This document shows positions 42,672-52,364 of a stretch of DNA of 64,000 bases, one piece after another. A program made the translations under genes and the position numbers. Positions within the stretch are counted from its first letter, which is position 1. Each line of letters begins with the position of its first letter. A model generated the notes under the pieces. That model was not told the origin of the DNA. It was given only the letters and a program-made list of their open reading frames with translations, and made no database searches. Origin of the DNA: a bacterium (GTDB lineage: Bacteria > Margulisbacteria > Marinamargulisbacteria > GCA-2716485 > JAYNIM01); contig JAYNIM010000001.1 in assembly GCA_038109055.1 (NCBI GenBank), forward strand, positions 459,365 through 523,364, written 5' to 3'.

Positions 42672-43274
42672 ATGTTTGAGTTATTCACTAAAGGTGGCCC
42701 AATCATGTGGGTATTGCTTGTGTGTTCAATGTTAGGCAGTTATATTGTTTTTTATAAATTATTCTATTTCATTTTTCAAAATATTTCGTACACAAAAGTA
42801 CGATCTGATGTTCAACGTATTATTAAAAATAATCAACCTGACGTTGCTATTGCTCAACTTCAGGGTCGCAATAATGTCTTAAAGAATGCTGCAGCAGAAG
42901 CGATTAAATCTGTACACCTATCTAGAGATAATCTTCATGATTCCCTACGTACCTATCTCTTAGAGCATGTTTCCAAACTAGAACGTCACATGCCTATTTT
43001 GTCTAGTTTAATTACGATCACACCTATTTTGGGACTGATGGGAACTGTTTTAGGTCTTATGCATATTTTCCAGGTGATATCTGGTGGTGGTATCGGCAAC
43101 ACAGAAGCCTTGTCTTTAGGTATAGCAGAAGCGCTCATTACGACCGTTGCTGGCCTTGCAATTGCTGTCCCTCTTATTGTGATGAATCATTACTTACAGC
43201 ATCGTATTGAAGCACTTGCTCTTCAAATTGAGCGTATATTTCTAGATACTGTTCACTTTTGTAAACAGATCTAA
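42672..43274 (+). CDS. exbB: MotA/TolQ/ExbB proton channel protein
   Basis: GGPIMW, TPILGLMGTVLG, GIAEALITTVAGLAIAVP. Confidence 0.9.
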   Translation: MFELFTKGGPIMWVLLVCSMLGSYIVFYKLFYFIFQNISYTKVRSDVQRIIKNNQPDVAIAQLQGRNNVLKNAAAEAIKSVHLSRDNLHDSLRTYLLEHVSKLERHMPILSSLITITPILGLMGTVLGLMHIFQVISGGGIGNTEALSLGIAEALITTVAGLAIAVPLIVMNHYLQHRIEALALQIERIFLDTVHFCKQI

Positions 43275-43684
43275 TGTCGTTACACTATCCCACTTATAAA
43301 AAGCATCGACTTGAGCCTCGCATTGAGTTGGCTCCCCTTATCGATATTATTTTTGTGTTGCTTATTTTTTTTGCTGTTTCAAGTAGTCTTATTTTAAAAA
43401 ATCAAGGTATTTCTCTTTTATTACCTAAGGCTAAAAGTGTCTCTACTCACAAAAATGAACTTATTGTTCATATCGATCAGCAACGTCGTATTTTTTTTAA
43501 TAAGAACGCCATTTCACACAAAGGCTTTAACTCTGAGCTTCGTGATATGATCAAACAATCTCCTAAACTTCAGGTTATTCTACGAGCAGATCGAGAAACC
43601 CCTTACCACTTTGTTATCAATGTCTTGGACCAGATACGTTTAGCTGGGTGTTATGATATTGTTTTAGCTGCTGAAAAACCTTAA
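43274..43684 (+). CDS. exbD: ExbD/TolR protein
   Basis: IELAPLIDIIFVLLIFF (conserved Asp), ILRADRETPY. Confidence 0.9.
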   Translation: MSLHYPTYKKHRLEPRIELAPLIDIIFVLLIFFAVSSSLILKNQGISLLLPKAKSVSTHKNELIVHIDQQRRIFFNKNAISHKGFNSELRDMIKQSPKLQVILRADRETPYHFVINVLDQIRLAGCYDIVLAAEKP

Positions 43685-43687
43685 TTT

Positions 43688-44197
43688 ATGTTAAAAATTA
43701 TTGCTATTTTTTTTACCATTGGCTTGCATCTTTTGCTTTTTTTTATTTCAATCCCTCAACGATTTATGACTAAAGATGTTGCGGTTAATCATGTCCCTAT
43801 TCTTCTGCCTGTTACCTTGGTTTCCGAACAGAAACAACCACTTTTGCTTCTTGCAGATTCTGAATCACCTAAGCAGGTGAAAGTCAAAGAAAAAAAGAAA
43901 ATTAAACCTACTCAATTACCAGGAGATCGTAAATTTGCAACTATTTCCAAAAAAGTTCGCCCTGTTTATCCGAAAAAAGCCCTTAATTATGACTGGAAGG
44001 GTAAGATTGTTGTTCAAGCTACTATTAATCCTAAAGGAAAAGTCAGTCATATTAAAATTTTGAAGTCAACAGGCTATACAATTTTAGATCAATCTTTTGT
44101 TCGGACTGTCATGCAGTATTATGTATTTAAACCAAAGCGTGTCATGGGCAAAAATGTCTCGTCTTTTTTAAAATTGAGCTATGATTTTGACCTTTAA
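43688..44197 (+). CDS. tonB: Short TonB/TolA-family energy transducer
   Basis: TM with conserved His (IGLHLL), PVYPKKA...KGKIVVQATI, KSTGYTILD. Confidence 0.82.
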   Translation: MLKIIAIFFTIGLHLLLFFISIPQRFMTKDVAVNHVPILLPVTLVSEQKQPLLLLADSESPKQVKVKEKKKIKPTQLPGDRKFATISKKVRPVYPKKALNYDWKGKIVVQATINPKGKVSHIKILKSTGYTILDQSFVRTVMQYYVFKPKRVMGKNVSSFLKLSYDFDL

Positions 44198-46121
44198 ATC
44201 TTTGTGTCTTTTCTTTCTCGTGACATTTACTTCATTTCTTTTTGCAAAGGAAATCCCTTCTCCACTCATGCTTCAAAATGAATTCATTAAACTTATTGTT
44301 AATCAGGATCCAATTAATATAGGGCGCTTTGCTATTGAAACTAGTCAAGGTGATCCAAAAAATAAACGCGATGATGAAAAGCCCTTAATCTTTGGGCGTC
44401 CTTATCCTTGGACCTCCTACACCACAATCTATCTAGATGGTAAAATCTATATTTTTGGTGGTAAGAACCCTAAATATCAAAAGCGTAGTTCTGAAAATTT
44501 GCACTTTGGTCAGGTTATACATCAGACAATTGAAAACAATCAGATTATTACAGTTTGTCGTTTTGATGATTTATCTGTCACCCAACGTTTGTATTTTTTT
44601 CGACATCCAAACTCAAAGGTGTTTGATACCGCTATGCTTCATTATGAGGTTCATAATCTTGGATCTAAGAAACACCGTGTAGGGTTAAGAGTGATGTTAG
44701 ATACCATGTTGGGGTCTAATGATGCAGCACCTTTTCGTTTTGGCTCATCTGTTATTACATCTGAAAAACAATTTCACAAAAAAGATTTTTTTAATTACTG
44801 GCAAACATTTGATAATTTAAAATCCCCTACAATTATTGCACAGGGCACGGTCCTTTTAGACAATCCTAATTTTATTGTTCCAGATCGTATTTTACTTTCG
44901 AATTGGGGACATTTGGTGGCTAATCCTTGGAAGGAAAACTATAAAAAAGAGCGTAGCTTTATACGGCAAGGTGAATTAGAACAAGACACGGCCTTGGCGT
45001 TGTATTGGGACCCTAGCACCTTGTCAGCGAATGAAACCAGGCACTACCAAACGCTTTATGGACTGGGCGGGGTTAATCTCAATGCGGGAGAACTTACCTT
45101 AGGAATGAGTGCCCCTAAACAACTTAATCAATTACAGAAAAAACCTTTTCTTATCATGGCCTATTTACTTAATGCGGGAGGTTATGATTCTTATGACACG
45201 AGCATTTCTATTCAACTCCCTGAAGGTTTTTCCTTAGTTAAAGGTAAACTTCAACATTCTCTTGGTTTATTAAAAGCAAATGATACCTATCAATTTCCTC
45301 TTCAACTCTCTATTAAACCTAAACTTATCAAGACAGGCGCCCAACTTGTGACTTTTTCTGTTCAATCAAAAAGTTTGGAAGATAATAGTTTAACTCAATC
45401 TATTAACGTTTTATCTCCTAGCCCAGCTAAAATCAATTTATCTATGCAAAAACAAATTTATCAACCTGATTCCGTGGTTTTTGTTCCTGTAAAATTAAGC
45501 ATTCAAAATACCAGTCCTTTTCCTCTTGAGCATGTTACCTGTCAAATTCAACCCAATAAAGGTCATTTTACCATTCCAAATTTTGAAATTCCTAGTAAAT
45601 CTATTTTCTTGGCTCCGTATGCAAGTAAAGACATTAACTGGCTCTTATCTTTAGCTCCTAGTCAACGTAATCATGCTGAATTATTTGTCAAAGTAGACTC
45701 TAGCTTTGATACCAACTATCTTTATGCACGTGCTGATGTCTTTAAACATGATGCTTCTTTTGTTTTTCGAATGAGTGCAGAGGATGTCAAAATTCATGAC
45801 TATTTTTTTCTAGAGTTTCAGCTACCTCAACGACTTTTGGATCAAAATCCCCGTATTGAGATTGATTTTCCTGAGCATTTGATTGAACTGTTACGATTTA
45901 ATGTTCCTTCTTTCCTTCATGATCAACATCAATCTCGTTATTATCAACGTGCTCCTTCTCGATTGATGTTTGACCTTCGTTCTTTTGACAAATTGCCAAA
46001 CAGAATCATTTTTCGTTTGCATTTTAAGGCAAAACAAAAGGGGTATTCCAGCTTACGTATCTATAATCACGGACATTTAATTAAGTCTCAACCTATATTA
46101 ATTAATGATGCTATGTTATGA
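44181..46121 (+). CDS. Exported beta-rich protein of unknown function
   Basis: Signal peptide ending SFLFA; beta-sandwich-like segments (ISIQLPEGFSLVKG); overlaps tonB and the SLH gene. Confidence 0.7.
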   Translation: MILTFKSLCLFFLVTFTSFLFAKEIPSPLMLQNEFIKLIVNQDPINIGRFAIETSQGDPKNKRDDEKPLIFGRPYPWTSYTTIYLDGKIYIFGGKNPKYQKRSSENLHFGQVIHQTIENNQIITVCRFDDLSVTQRLYFFRHPNSKVFDTAMLHYEVHNLGSKKHRVGLRVMLDTMLGSNDAAPFRFGSSVITSEKQFHKKDFFNYWQTFDNLKSPTIIAQGTVLLDNPNFIVPDRILLSNWGHLVANPWKENYKKERSFIRQGELEQDTALALYWDPSTLSANETRHYQTLYGLGGVNLNAGELTLGMSAPKQLNQLQKKPFLIMAYLLNAGGYDSYDTSISIQLPEGFSLVKGKLQHSLGLLKANDTYQFPLQLSIKPKLIKTGAQLVTFSVQSKSLEDNSLTQSINVLSPSPAKINLSMQKQIYQPDSVVFVPVKLSIQNTSPFPLEHVTCQIQPNKGHFTIPNFEIPSKSIFLAPYASKDINWLLSLAPSQRNHAELFVKVDSSFDTNYLYARADVFKHDASFVFRMSAEDVKIHDYFFLEFQLPQRLLDQNPRIEIDFPEHLIELLRFNVPSFLHDQHQSRYYQRAPSRLMFDLRSFDKLPNRIIFRLHFKAKQKGYSSLRIYNHGHLIKSQPILINDAML

Positions 46122-46615
46122 TTTCGAAGATGTTTATAAGGTTATTTTTGTGTATTTATATCTTACTTTTGTGTCATTTTGTTCATGCGTTCAAAATCAA
46201 TGATTTAAACTCTTCTGATCCAGCGTATAATGCCGTTAAATCATCTATTGATAACGGTTATTTATCTCTTTATAAGAATCGTACCTTTCAAGGAAAACGG
46301 CCAGTTACCCGAAAAGAGATGGCTATTCTTATCGAGCGTTTACTCACCCGTAAAGAAAATTCAACTCTAGACTCAGACAAAATCCAAGACTTGTCTCATT
46401 TGTCAGAAAATTTCAAGCCACTTCTTTCTAATCTTCAGGAAGAATATGATCTCTTACAGGGGCTCTTTTTTGGCATTCAAGAAGAAAATATTGCGCTACA
46501 TCGTGATGTATCTGTCTTGCAAGACAAACATCGAAGCCAAGAGCTTAAATTAAAGCGTCAGCAATTATGGATTTATGCGCTATGTGGTTTTTCGATGCTT
46601 AATCTTTTTCTTTAA
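46118..46615 (+). CDS. SLH-domain / coiled-coil protein with C-terminal hydrophobic anchor
   Basis: Signal peptide ending FVHA; SLH motif AYNAVKSSIDNGYL...TFQGKRPVTRKEMA; heptad region; tail WIYALCGFSMLNLFL. Confidence 0.8.
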   Translation: MISKMFIRLFLCIYILLLCHFVHAFKINDLNSSDPAYNAVKSSIDNGYLSLYKNRTFQGKRPVTRKEMAILIERLLTRKENSTLDSDKIQDLSHLSENFKPLLSNLQEEYDLLQGLFFGIQEENIALHRDVSVLQDKHRSQELKLKRQQLWIYALCGFSMLNLFL

Positions 46616-47418
46616 TGTCTGCTTTTGTTACATCCTATTTAAAGGAGGTTTTAGACACATGGATTGCTAAAAATCACCTCCGTAATGGTCTTTTATTCTA
46701 TGGGTCTACCTCAGGCTTCCCTAATAAAGTGGCCAATTATTTTATACAGGCTTACTTCTCTTCTTCTACCTTCTCCCTTGATACAAATCCTGACTTTTTA
46801 CATATCTATTCTGAAAAACAAATTAAAATTGATCATATTCGTCACATTCTAGATCGTGTACGTTATGGTCCAACGCAGCACGAAAGCATGATTGTTTTTA
46901 TTGAACATTTAGAACGTCTCACCATTGAAGCCTCTAATGCCTTACTTAAGACTCTTGAAACACCTCCTAAACATGTTTATTTTCTAAGTAGTAGTCATTT
47001 ATTTTCGTCATTATTGCCAACTATTACGTCTCGTTGTCAGCCTATTTACTGCCCCTCACTGACCTATGACCAGTTGTTTAGCGCTGTAAATATGACTGTC
47101 TCTGAGATTAGTTCTACCTCAACTTATGAAGACTTACTTAAACTTGCCTGTGGTGTGGATCATCCGTCATACTGTTCTTTTCATGACTTTTTACACTTTT
47201 CTTTGTCGAAGCGTTTTGCTTTCTTTCACCAATATATTGATACTAAAGAAACCTTTACGACCCTTTTATATCACTGGCTTTCTGAACTTTCTACAGATCA
47301 AACCTATCGCTATCTTTCTTTAAGTAAACTTTTAAGAGAAACATTAACCCGTTTAACTCATCACGTTAACCTTAAACTTCAATTTGATTCATTTATTAGT
47401 CAATTACCTATCACGTAG
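46615..47418 (+). CDS. holB: DNA polymerase III delta' subunit (divergent)
   Basis: NPDF, IKIDHIR, EASNALLKTLETPP, LLPTITSRCQ. Confidence 0.85.
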   Translation: MSAFVTSYLKEVLDTWIAKNHLRNGLLFYGSTSGFPNKVANYFIQAYFSSSTFSLDTNPDFLHIYSEKQIKIDHIRHILDRVRYGPTQHESMIVFIEHLERLTIEASNALLKTLETPPKHVYFLSSSHLFSSLLPTITSRCQPIYCPSLTYDQLFSAVNMTVSEISSTSTYEDLLKLACGVDHPSYCSFHDFLHFSLSKRFAFFHQYIDTKETFTTLLYHWLSELSTDQTYRYLSLSKLLRETLTRLTHHVNLKLQFDSFISQLPIT

Positions 47419-47480
47419 ACATAAATATTGATTTTCATTTTTCACTGCTTGATCATTTATGCTATATTTGAGTTATATTT

Positions 47481-47493
47481 TAGAAGGAGGTGA
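47481..47493 (+). promoter_or_regulatory. Strong Shine-Dalgarno sequence for rpsU
   Basis: AGAAGGAGGTGA just upstream of the GTG start at 47500. Confidence 0.75.
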
Positions 47494-47499
47494 CTGTAA

Positions 47500-47700
47500 G
47501 TGACCGAAGATAATGCTAAACAAAGTGAACGTAAGCAAGTTGATAGTCTTAATAGAAAATTAGGGAAATTTAAACGAGACTCTAAAACTAAACTCATAAA
47601 TTTACGTAAAAAAATGTATTATGAGAAACCTTCAGATTTAAAAAAACAGCGTTTTGCTGATGCTCAACGTCGTACCCGTTCTCAACAACGTGAAGATTAA
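47500..47700 (+). CDS. rpsU: 30S ribosomal protein S21
   Basis: 66 aa, basic, L.KFKR and YYEKPS motifs; strong RBS. Confidence 0.85.
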   Translation: MTEDNAKQSERKQVDSLNRKLGKFKRDSKTKLINLRKKMYYEKPSDLKKQRFADAQRRTRSQQRED

Positions 47701-50103
47701 TTGACTACAACATTTTTTACGCCTCATTCTTTAAGCAAAGCAGCCCTATTTCAAAGTGCTTTGCTTAAGATTGATCGGCATAATATTCATAGTTCTTGTG
47801 ATGATTTATATCAATTTATCACTCAATACCCTCAGCAATCTGTAGATGTATTCATTTATTTATATGAGCGTTTTAATGCGACTCAAAATAATTATTTACG
47901 TTTTTTAATTGCTAAGCTTTATTTTAAATTAGAGCAGTACTCTATGGCCTTTCTTGAATTAAAAATATTGTTAGAGCGAAAAGATATCGCTTCTGCAGCT
48001 TATCCACTTTTATTTCAATTGTATGAAAAAGGTTTATTTAAATCTGAAATTATTAGCATTTTTGAATTGTCGCATCGTGATGATCGTGACGAGTCTTTTT
48101 TGTTGGATTATTTACCTAAACTATATGTTGAAGATAAAAAATTTGACGAGTTAATTTCTTTCTATACGGAATTAATTCATATTTCGCCTAATGATCTTCA
48201 TTTGCAAGACAAATTGGCGTCAGCTTACCTGCGTGTCTCTCGTTATGAAGACGCCATTTCAACTTACACAGCTATTTTTTCTAGTAACTCTGAATGGCGA
48301 TATAAAGTAATTCCTCAAATTGAATCTTTTGTTAATGAACATTCGGATCTATTTTCTATGCGCTACTTTTTAATTGATCTTTATATTAAACAGTGCCTTC
48401 CTGATAAAGCCCTTGCTTCTTTATCCTTACTTAACTCTGAATCTTCGAAGCATGCTGAAAAAGGCCTAGAGTATTGTAAACATATTATGGATATTTATCC
48501 GAATCATTTTAATACCCTCGTATTTTCAGCTGAGCTTTATTATAAACTGGATCGTTATACTGAATCTGTTACGGTTTTAACATCAGCATTTGCTCTTAAT
48601 TCTGACAATCATCTTGTTATTCTTACCTTGTTAAAAAAAATACTTTCCCAAGAACCATCGCAAGTTTCCGCAAAACTTTTGTTATGTGATATTTATTTTA
48701 AGCAAAATAATTTGTCTTCTTACGTTCACATTCTTACTGAGCTTATTGAGAGTGAATACCCGGATCTAAACGAACTTCATTCTCGTATTAATAAACTCAA
48801 ATCTGATGATAAGAGGGCGCTTAAATTGAAAGCCTTAATTTATTTATACCAAGGTGATGCACGCTGTTTAAGCATCTGTGAATCATTAAATGACTCCTCC
48901 ATGTCGTTTGATATCTCTGTTATTGTTCTTCGATATTATTTCAAAAAAAATATGCTTTCTAAGGTCAAAGATACTCTAAAGGAATTGTTACTAGCTTCTC
49001 CATTTTCCTATGATCTTCATGATTATATCAAACAACTGCATCATTCTGCGATTCGAAATGATATTCAAATACTTAAACGTCATCAACCTAATGTTCAAAG
49101 TAACCGTCTTTCATTTCGTTTAGGATTACTTCACTTGCGTCAGGAAAATGTATTGACTGCCATTGATTGTTTTCAACATGTTTCTTCAGAACATGTGCTT
49201 TATCAAAAATCAAATGCTTTGCTTGGACGTTGTTTTTTTGAAATTGGTCGTTTTGATCTTGCACAGCAAATTTTTCAACGTTTAATGATTCACTGTAAAA
49301 AGTCATCTCGATTTTTTACTAATCAAATTAGGTTTTCTAATGCTTGTAGCCAGATACTTAATGGTAATCTGCAAAGTGGTATACGCTTACTTGAGCAAAT
49401 TTATGCATCTCAAGTAACCTTTCCATGTTTACAAAATATGCTTTCTTATTATAAGAGTTTTCATTTTGATGATGGGCGTAGTCCTTTTCTTACGGCTTTT
49501 TATTTTAAAGATCGTTTTTTCCCTTGCACATTTTATCATTCTTCTATTTTTGATCACTATGAAGATAGTTCTAAAAACGCCTGTTTATTTACGCTTAACT
49601 ATAAAGCCATGCAGCATATTTTATCGTCTCATTATCAACTTGCAAGAGTTGAATTTATATCTATACTACAACAAGCCCCGTCTTATGTGCCTGCAAAATT
49701 CAATCTTTGTCTGCTTAATATTTTGATGGATAATATTCCTGATGCTCAACGCTTGTTAGACACTCTTCGTGATTATAAAAACCTTGAAGTTCTTGCGTCG
49801 CTTTTTCAAAGTTTTATTGATCTAAAAAAAAATAAAATTTCTTCAGCTTTAACGTCGTTAAAAGATCTAGCTTCTTCCTTTCAAACTCCAGAATACTTTT
49901 TACATTATAGTAGTTGTTTTTTGCTTAACAAGGATATTTCTGCTAGTCTTTCCCCATTAAAAGATAGTTGTAATGTTGCAATTCTGTTTCCTTTTATTCA
50001 ACGATTACATGCTTACTTAGAAATTAACTCATTGGATATTACATATTGGTTGTCTCCTTTATCTTTTTCCTTTAACAGTCTTCTTAAGCGTTTTTATACA
50101 TAA
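47701..50103 (+). CDS. Tetratricopeptide-repeat protein
   Basis: 800 aa with repeated TPR-like helices (LASAYLRVSRYEDAI, LGRCFFEIGRFDLA, AKFNLCLL). Confidence 0.8.
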   Translation: MTTTFFTPHSLSKAALFQSALLKIDRHNIHSSCDDLYQFITQYPQQSVDVFIYLYERFNATQNNYLRFLIAKLYFKLEQYSMAFLELKILLERKDIASAAYPLLFQLYEKGLFKSEIISIFELSHRDDRDESFLLDYLPKLYVEDKKFDELISFYTELIHISPNDLHLQDKLASAYLRVSRYEDAISTYTAIFSSNSEWRYKVIPQIESFVNEHSDLFSMRYFLIDLYIKQCLPDKALASLSLLNSESSKHAEKGLEYCKHIMDIYPNHFNTLVFSAELYYKLDRYTESVTVLTSAFALNSDNHLVILTLLKKILSQEPSQVSAKLLLCDIYFKQNNLSSYVHILTELIESEYPDLNELHSRINKLKSDDKRALKLKALIYLYQGDARCLSICESLNDSSMSFDISVIVLRYYFKKNMLSKVKDTLKELLLASPFSYDLHDYIKQLHHSAIRNDIQILKRHQPNVQSNRLSFRLGLLHLRQENVLTAIDCFQHVSSEHVLYQKSNALLGRCFFEIGRFDLAQQIFQRLMIHCKKSSRFFTNQIRFSNACSQILNGNLQSGIRLLEQIYASQVTFPCLQNMLSYYKSFHFDDGRSPFLTAFYFKDRFFPCTFYHSSIFDHYEDSSKNACLFTLNYKAMQHILSSHYQLARVEFISILQQAPSYVPAKFNLCLLNILMDNIPDAQRLLDTLRDYKNLEVLASLFQSFIDLKKNKISSALTSLKDLASSFQTPEYFLHYSSCFLLNKDISASLSPLKDSCNVAILFPFIQRLHAYLEINSLDITYWLSPLSFSFNSLLKRFYT

Positions 50104-50115
50104 AATTTTTATTTC

Positions 50116-51546
50116 ATGTTTATGTCATTAAAACTAATGCCTATTCTATGTCATAGATTCGGCCTCTTTCATCATATATTACTATTTCGTTTAAGCTATA
50201 TGTCTTTTTTTATGCTCCCCTGTCTATCAGCCTTTTTGTTATTTATCCCTTTTATTCTTCCCTCTTTATTCTATCTCCAATATCTTGCATTTCTTCCTTT
50301 ATTTTATTTGCTTTCTTTTAGTAAATCTCGCTGTATTTTTGTTATTATATTTATATTCCTTTTTGCTTATTTGGCTTTACATCATTTATGGTTCTTTTTT
50401 CTTTCTCCCTGGATCCCTGTTTTTTATATTTTTATTTTTTATTTTTTTTATATTTTATCTTTAGCTCTTATTTTTTCTTTGCTGCTGTTTTTCTTACTTT
50501 ATTGTAGAAAGACCTTTTTATTTTTTATCCCTTTTTGGATATTTTTTGAGTGGGTCTGTGAGCATGTTTTTTTAAATCCTAGTTTATATCTTGCATACGC
50601 TCAAGGAAAAAATTTATTTTTTAGTCAATGGGCCTCAATACTTCCTCTGCCTTTATTTGCTTTTATTATTTTATTGCTTAATCTCCTTTTATTTTTTCTT
50701 TTCTCTGCACATCACATTAAATTAAGCGTTTGTATGATCCTTTGTGTACTATTTTTTATGCATGCTCCTGGTTTTATCAGACTACAAAATCAACCCCTTA
50801 TTAAAGATTATATCTCGGTTGTTGCGATACATGCCCAACATAGTCAACATCAACGTTTAGACCCTAATTTATCCCTGATGAACTTTCACGATTATCTTAG
50901 CTTGAGTCGTTCTATTTTAGATCAACAATCCGCTAATTTACTTATTTGGCCAGAAACTTCTACATCTTATTTTGTGATTGACGATCCTAGTATTAAGGAA
51001 ACGCTTCAGTCTTTCTGTCTACGCTATTCCTGTGATCTAGTTTTGGGTAGCAAGCACGTCGATAATGACTTATATTTTAATGGCGCTGCACATTTTCATT
51101 CAACTCAAAAAACACCTAATTTTGTTAATAAACATCGCCTTATGCCTATTGGTGAGTACTGGCCCTTTCCCTTTTTCACTACACGTTATCAACAACTTTT
51201 TTCAGTGCACAGCTATACAGCAACTGATTCTATTAAGCTATTTTCTATTTCTAACTACCCTATTGCTCTTGCTATATGTTTAGATGCCAGTTCTGTCTCT
51301 TTATTCCAATCTTTTAAACATCAAGGGGCTGTGGCAGCAATTGTTTTGGCTAATCTTGCTTGGTTTGAAGATCCATTTATCAAAGAACGGTTTTTTAGGT
51401 TCTGCCAATTTCGTGCCATTCAAATGGGTAAATCTCTTTATGTGTTGGCAAATTATGGCCGCTCAGCCTTATTCAACCCTTTTGGTCAAGCATCTATTGT
51501 TTCAGAGGACCGTTTTTCTCATCGCTTCCTTATGCCAATTTACTAA
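50116..51546 (+). CDS. lnt: Apolipoprotein N-acyltransferase
   Basis: N-terminal TMs; nitrilase triad LIWPETS, KHRLMPIGEYWP, AICLD; N.AWF; exact start uncertain. Confidence 0.85.
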   Translation: MFMSLKLMPILCHRFGLFHHILLFRLSYMSFFMLPCLSAFLLFIPFILPSLFYLQYLAFLPLFYLLSFSKSRCIFVIIFIFLFAYLALHHLWFFFLSPWIPVFYIFIFYFFYILSLALIFSLLLFFLLYCRKTFLFFIPFWIFFEWVCEHVFLNPSLYLAYAQGKNLFFSQWASILPLPLFAFIILLLNLLLFFLFSAHHIKLSVCMILCVLFFMHAPGFIRLQNQPLIKDYISVVAIHAQHSQHQRLDPNLSLMNFHDYLSLSRSILDQQSANLLIWPETSTSYFVIDDPSIKETLQSFCLRYSCDLVLGSKHVDNDLYFNGAAHFHSTQKTPNFVNKHRLMPIGEYWPFPFFTTRYQQLFSVHSYTATDSIKLFSISNYPIALAICLDASSVSLFQSFKHQGAVAAIVLANLAWFEDPFIKERFFRFCQFRAIQMGKSLYVLANYGRSALFNPFGQASIVSEDRFSHRFLMPIY

Positions 51547-51551
51547 AAAAT

Positions 51552-52364
51552 CTATGTGCTTGTAGTTGTTAAATCAAATTCTTCATCTAATGATTCTAAT
51601 GAAATTGGATCTGCATCTAAAAAATCATTTTCTTCAAATAAATCTTCTTCAATACTATTTTCTATTAATTCCTCATTTGTACCTTTGATACTTTGCATAT
51701 TCTTTGTTTCTGTAAGCTTATTTAATTCTGTTGTGCTTTGAAAACTATCCTTACGTTCTTTATTTTGATAGGATTCTTCTCTGTTATTACTTTCTTCTTT
51801 GCTACCTACCTCTATCTCATCGTTTTCATAAAATTGCATATATAATGCGTTGAATATACTTTCATCTAAAGGCGTGTTTTTTACTTTAGTATTTAGTATT
51901 CTTGATTTTTCATTTTCAGAGTAATGTTTTAGAATATTTTCTTGTTCTTGAAGGTCTAATTTAGTCAAAAAAAAGGCGATTGTTTGTACCTGTTCATTTT
52001 TTAATATCTCGGCAATTTCACTGTAGCTTCTCTGTGACCTGTCTGGATGACTATCTGCTACCTCTAACAGGTCATCATCTTCTTCCGAAGTTTTTTCTTC
52101 TTCCTCTTCTTCCTCTATGTCATTTAAAAAATTGTCTTCCTGTATAAGACTCATATCTTCTGGTTGCTCTAGTGTAATATGATCTACTTCTTCAATAAAT
52201 TCTGCTATTAATTGGTTTAGCTCTTTTTGAGATGGCATTGGAGGTTGTTCTATTTTTAACAACCTAGTTAAAGTATCTTGCCGCATGTGCTTTAAAACAG
52301 CCTCTGCTTGATTACCTAAAACAGATACTATAACCTTTGCTTTTATATGATTTTCTAGTGTCAC
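51552..52364 (-). CDS. fliG: Truncated FliG homolog (N and M domains plus acidic tail)
   Basis: KAKVIVSVLGNQAEAVLKHM (FliG-N); EILKNEQVQTIAFFL (EHPQ-like, FliG-M); directly after fliF. Confidence 0.75.
   Translation of the reverse strand: MTLENHIKAKVIVSVLGNQAEAVLKHMRQDTLTRLLKIEQPPMPSQKELNQLIAEFIEEVDHITLEQPEDMSLIQEDNFLNDIEEEEEEEKTSEEDDDLLEVADSHPDRSQRSYSEIAEILKNEQVQTIAFFLTKLDLQEQENILKHYSENEKSRILNTKVKNTPLDESIFNALYMQFYENDEIEVGSKEESNNREESYQNKERKDSFQSTTELNKLTETKNMQSIKGTNEELIENSIEEDLFEENDFLDADPISLESLDEEFDLTTTST

Noticed and set aside
42672..43684. ExbB/ExbD as MotA/MotB stators for the basal body
   Set aside because: They are short, have ExbB/ExbD motifs, lack the MotB OmpA-like domain and are followed by a TonB-family gene
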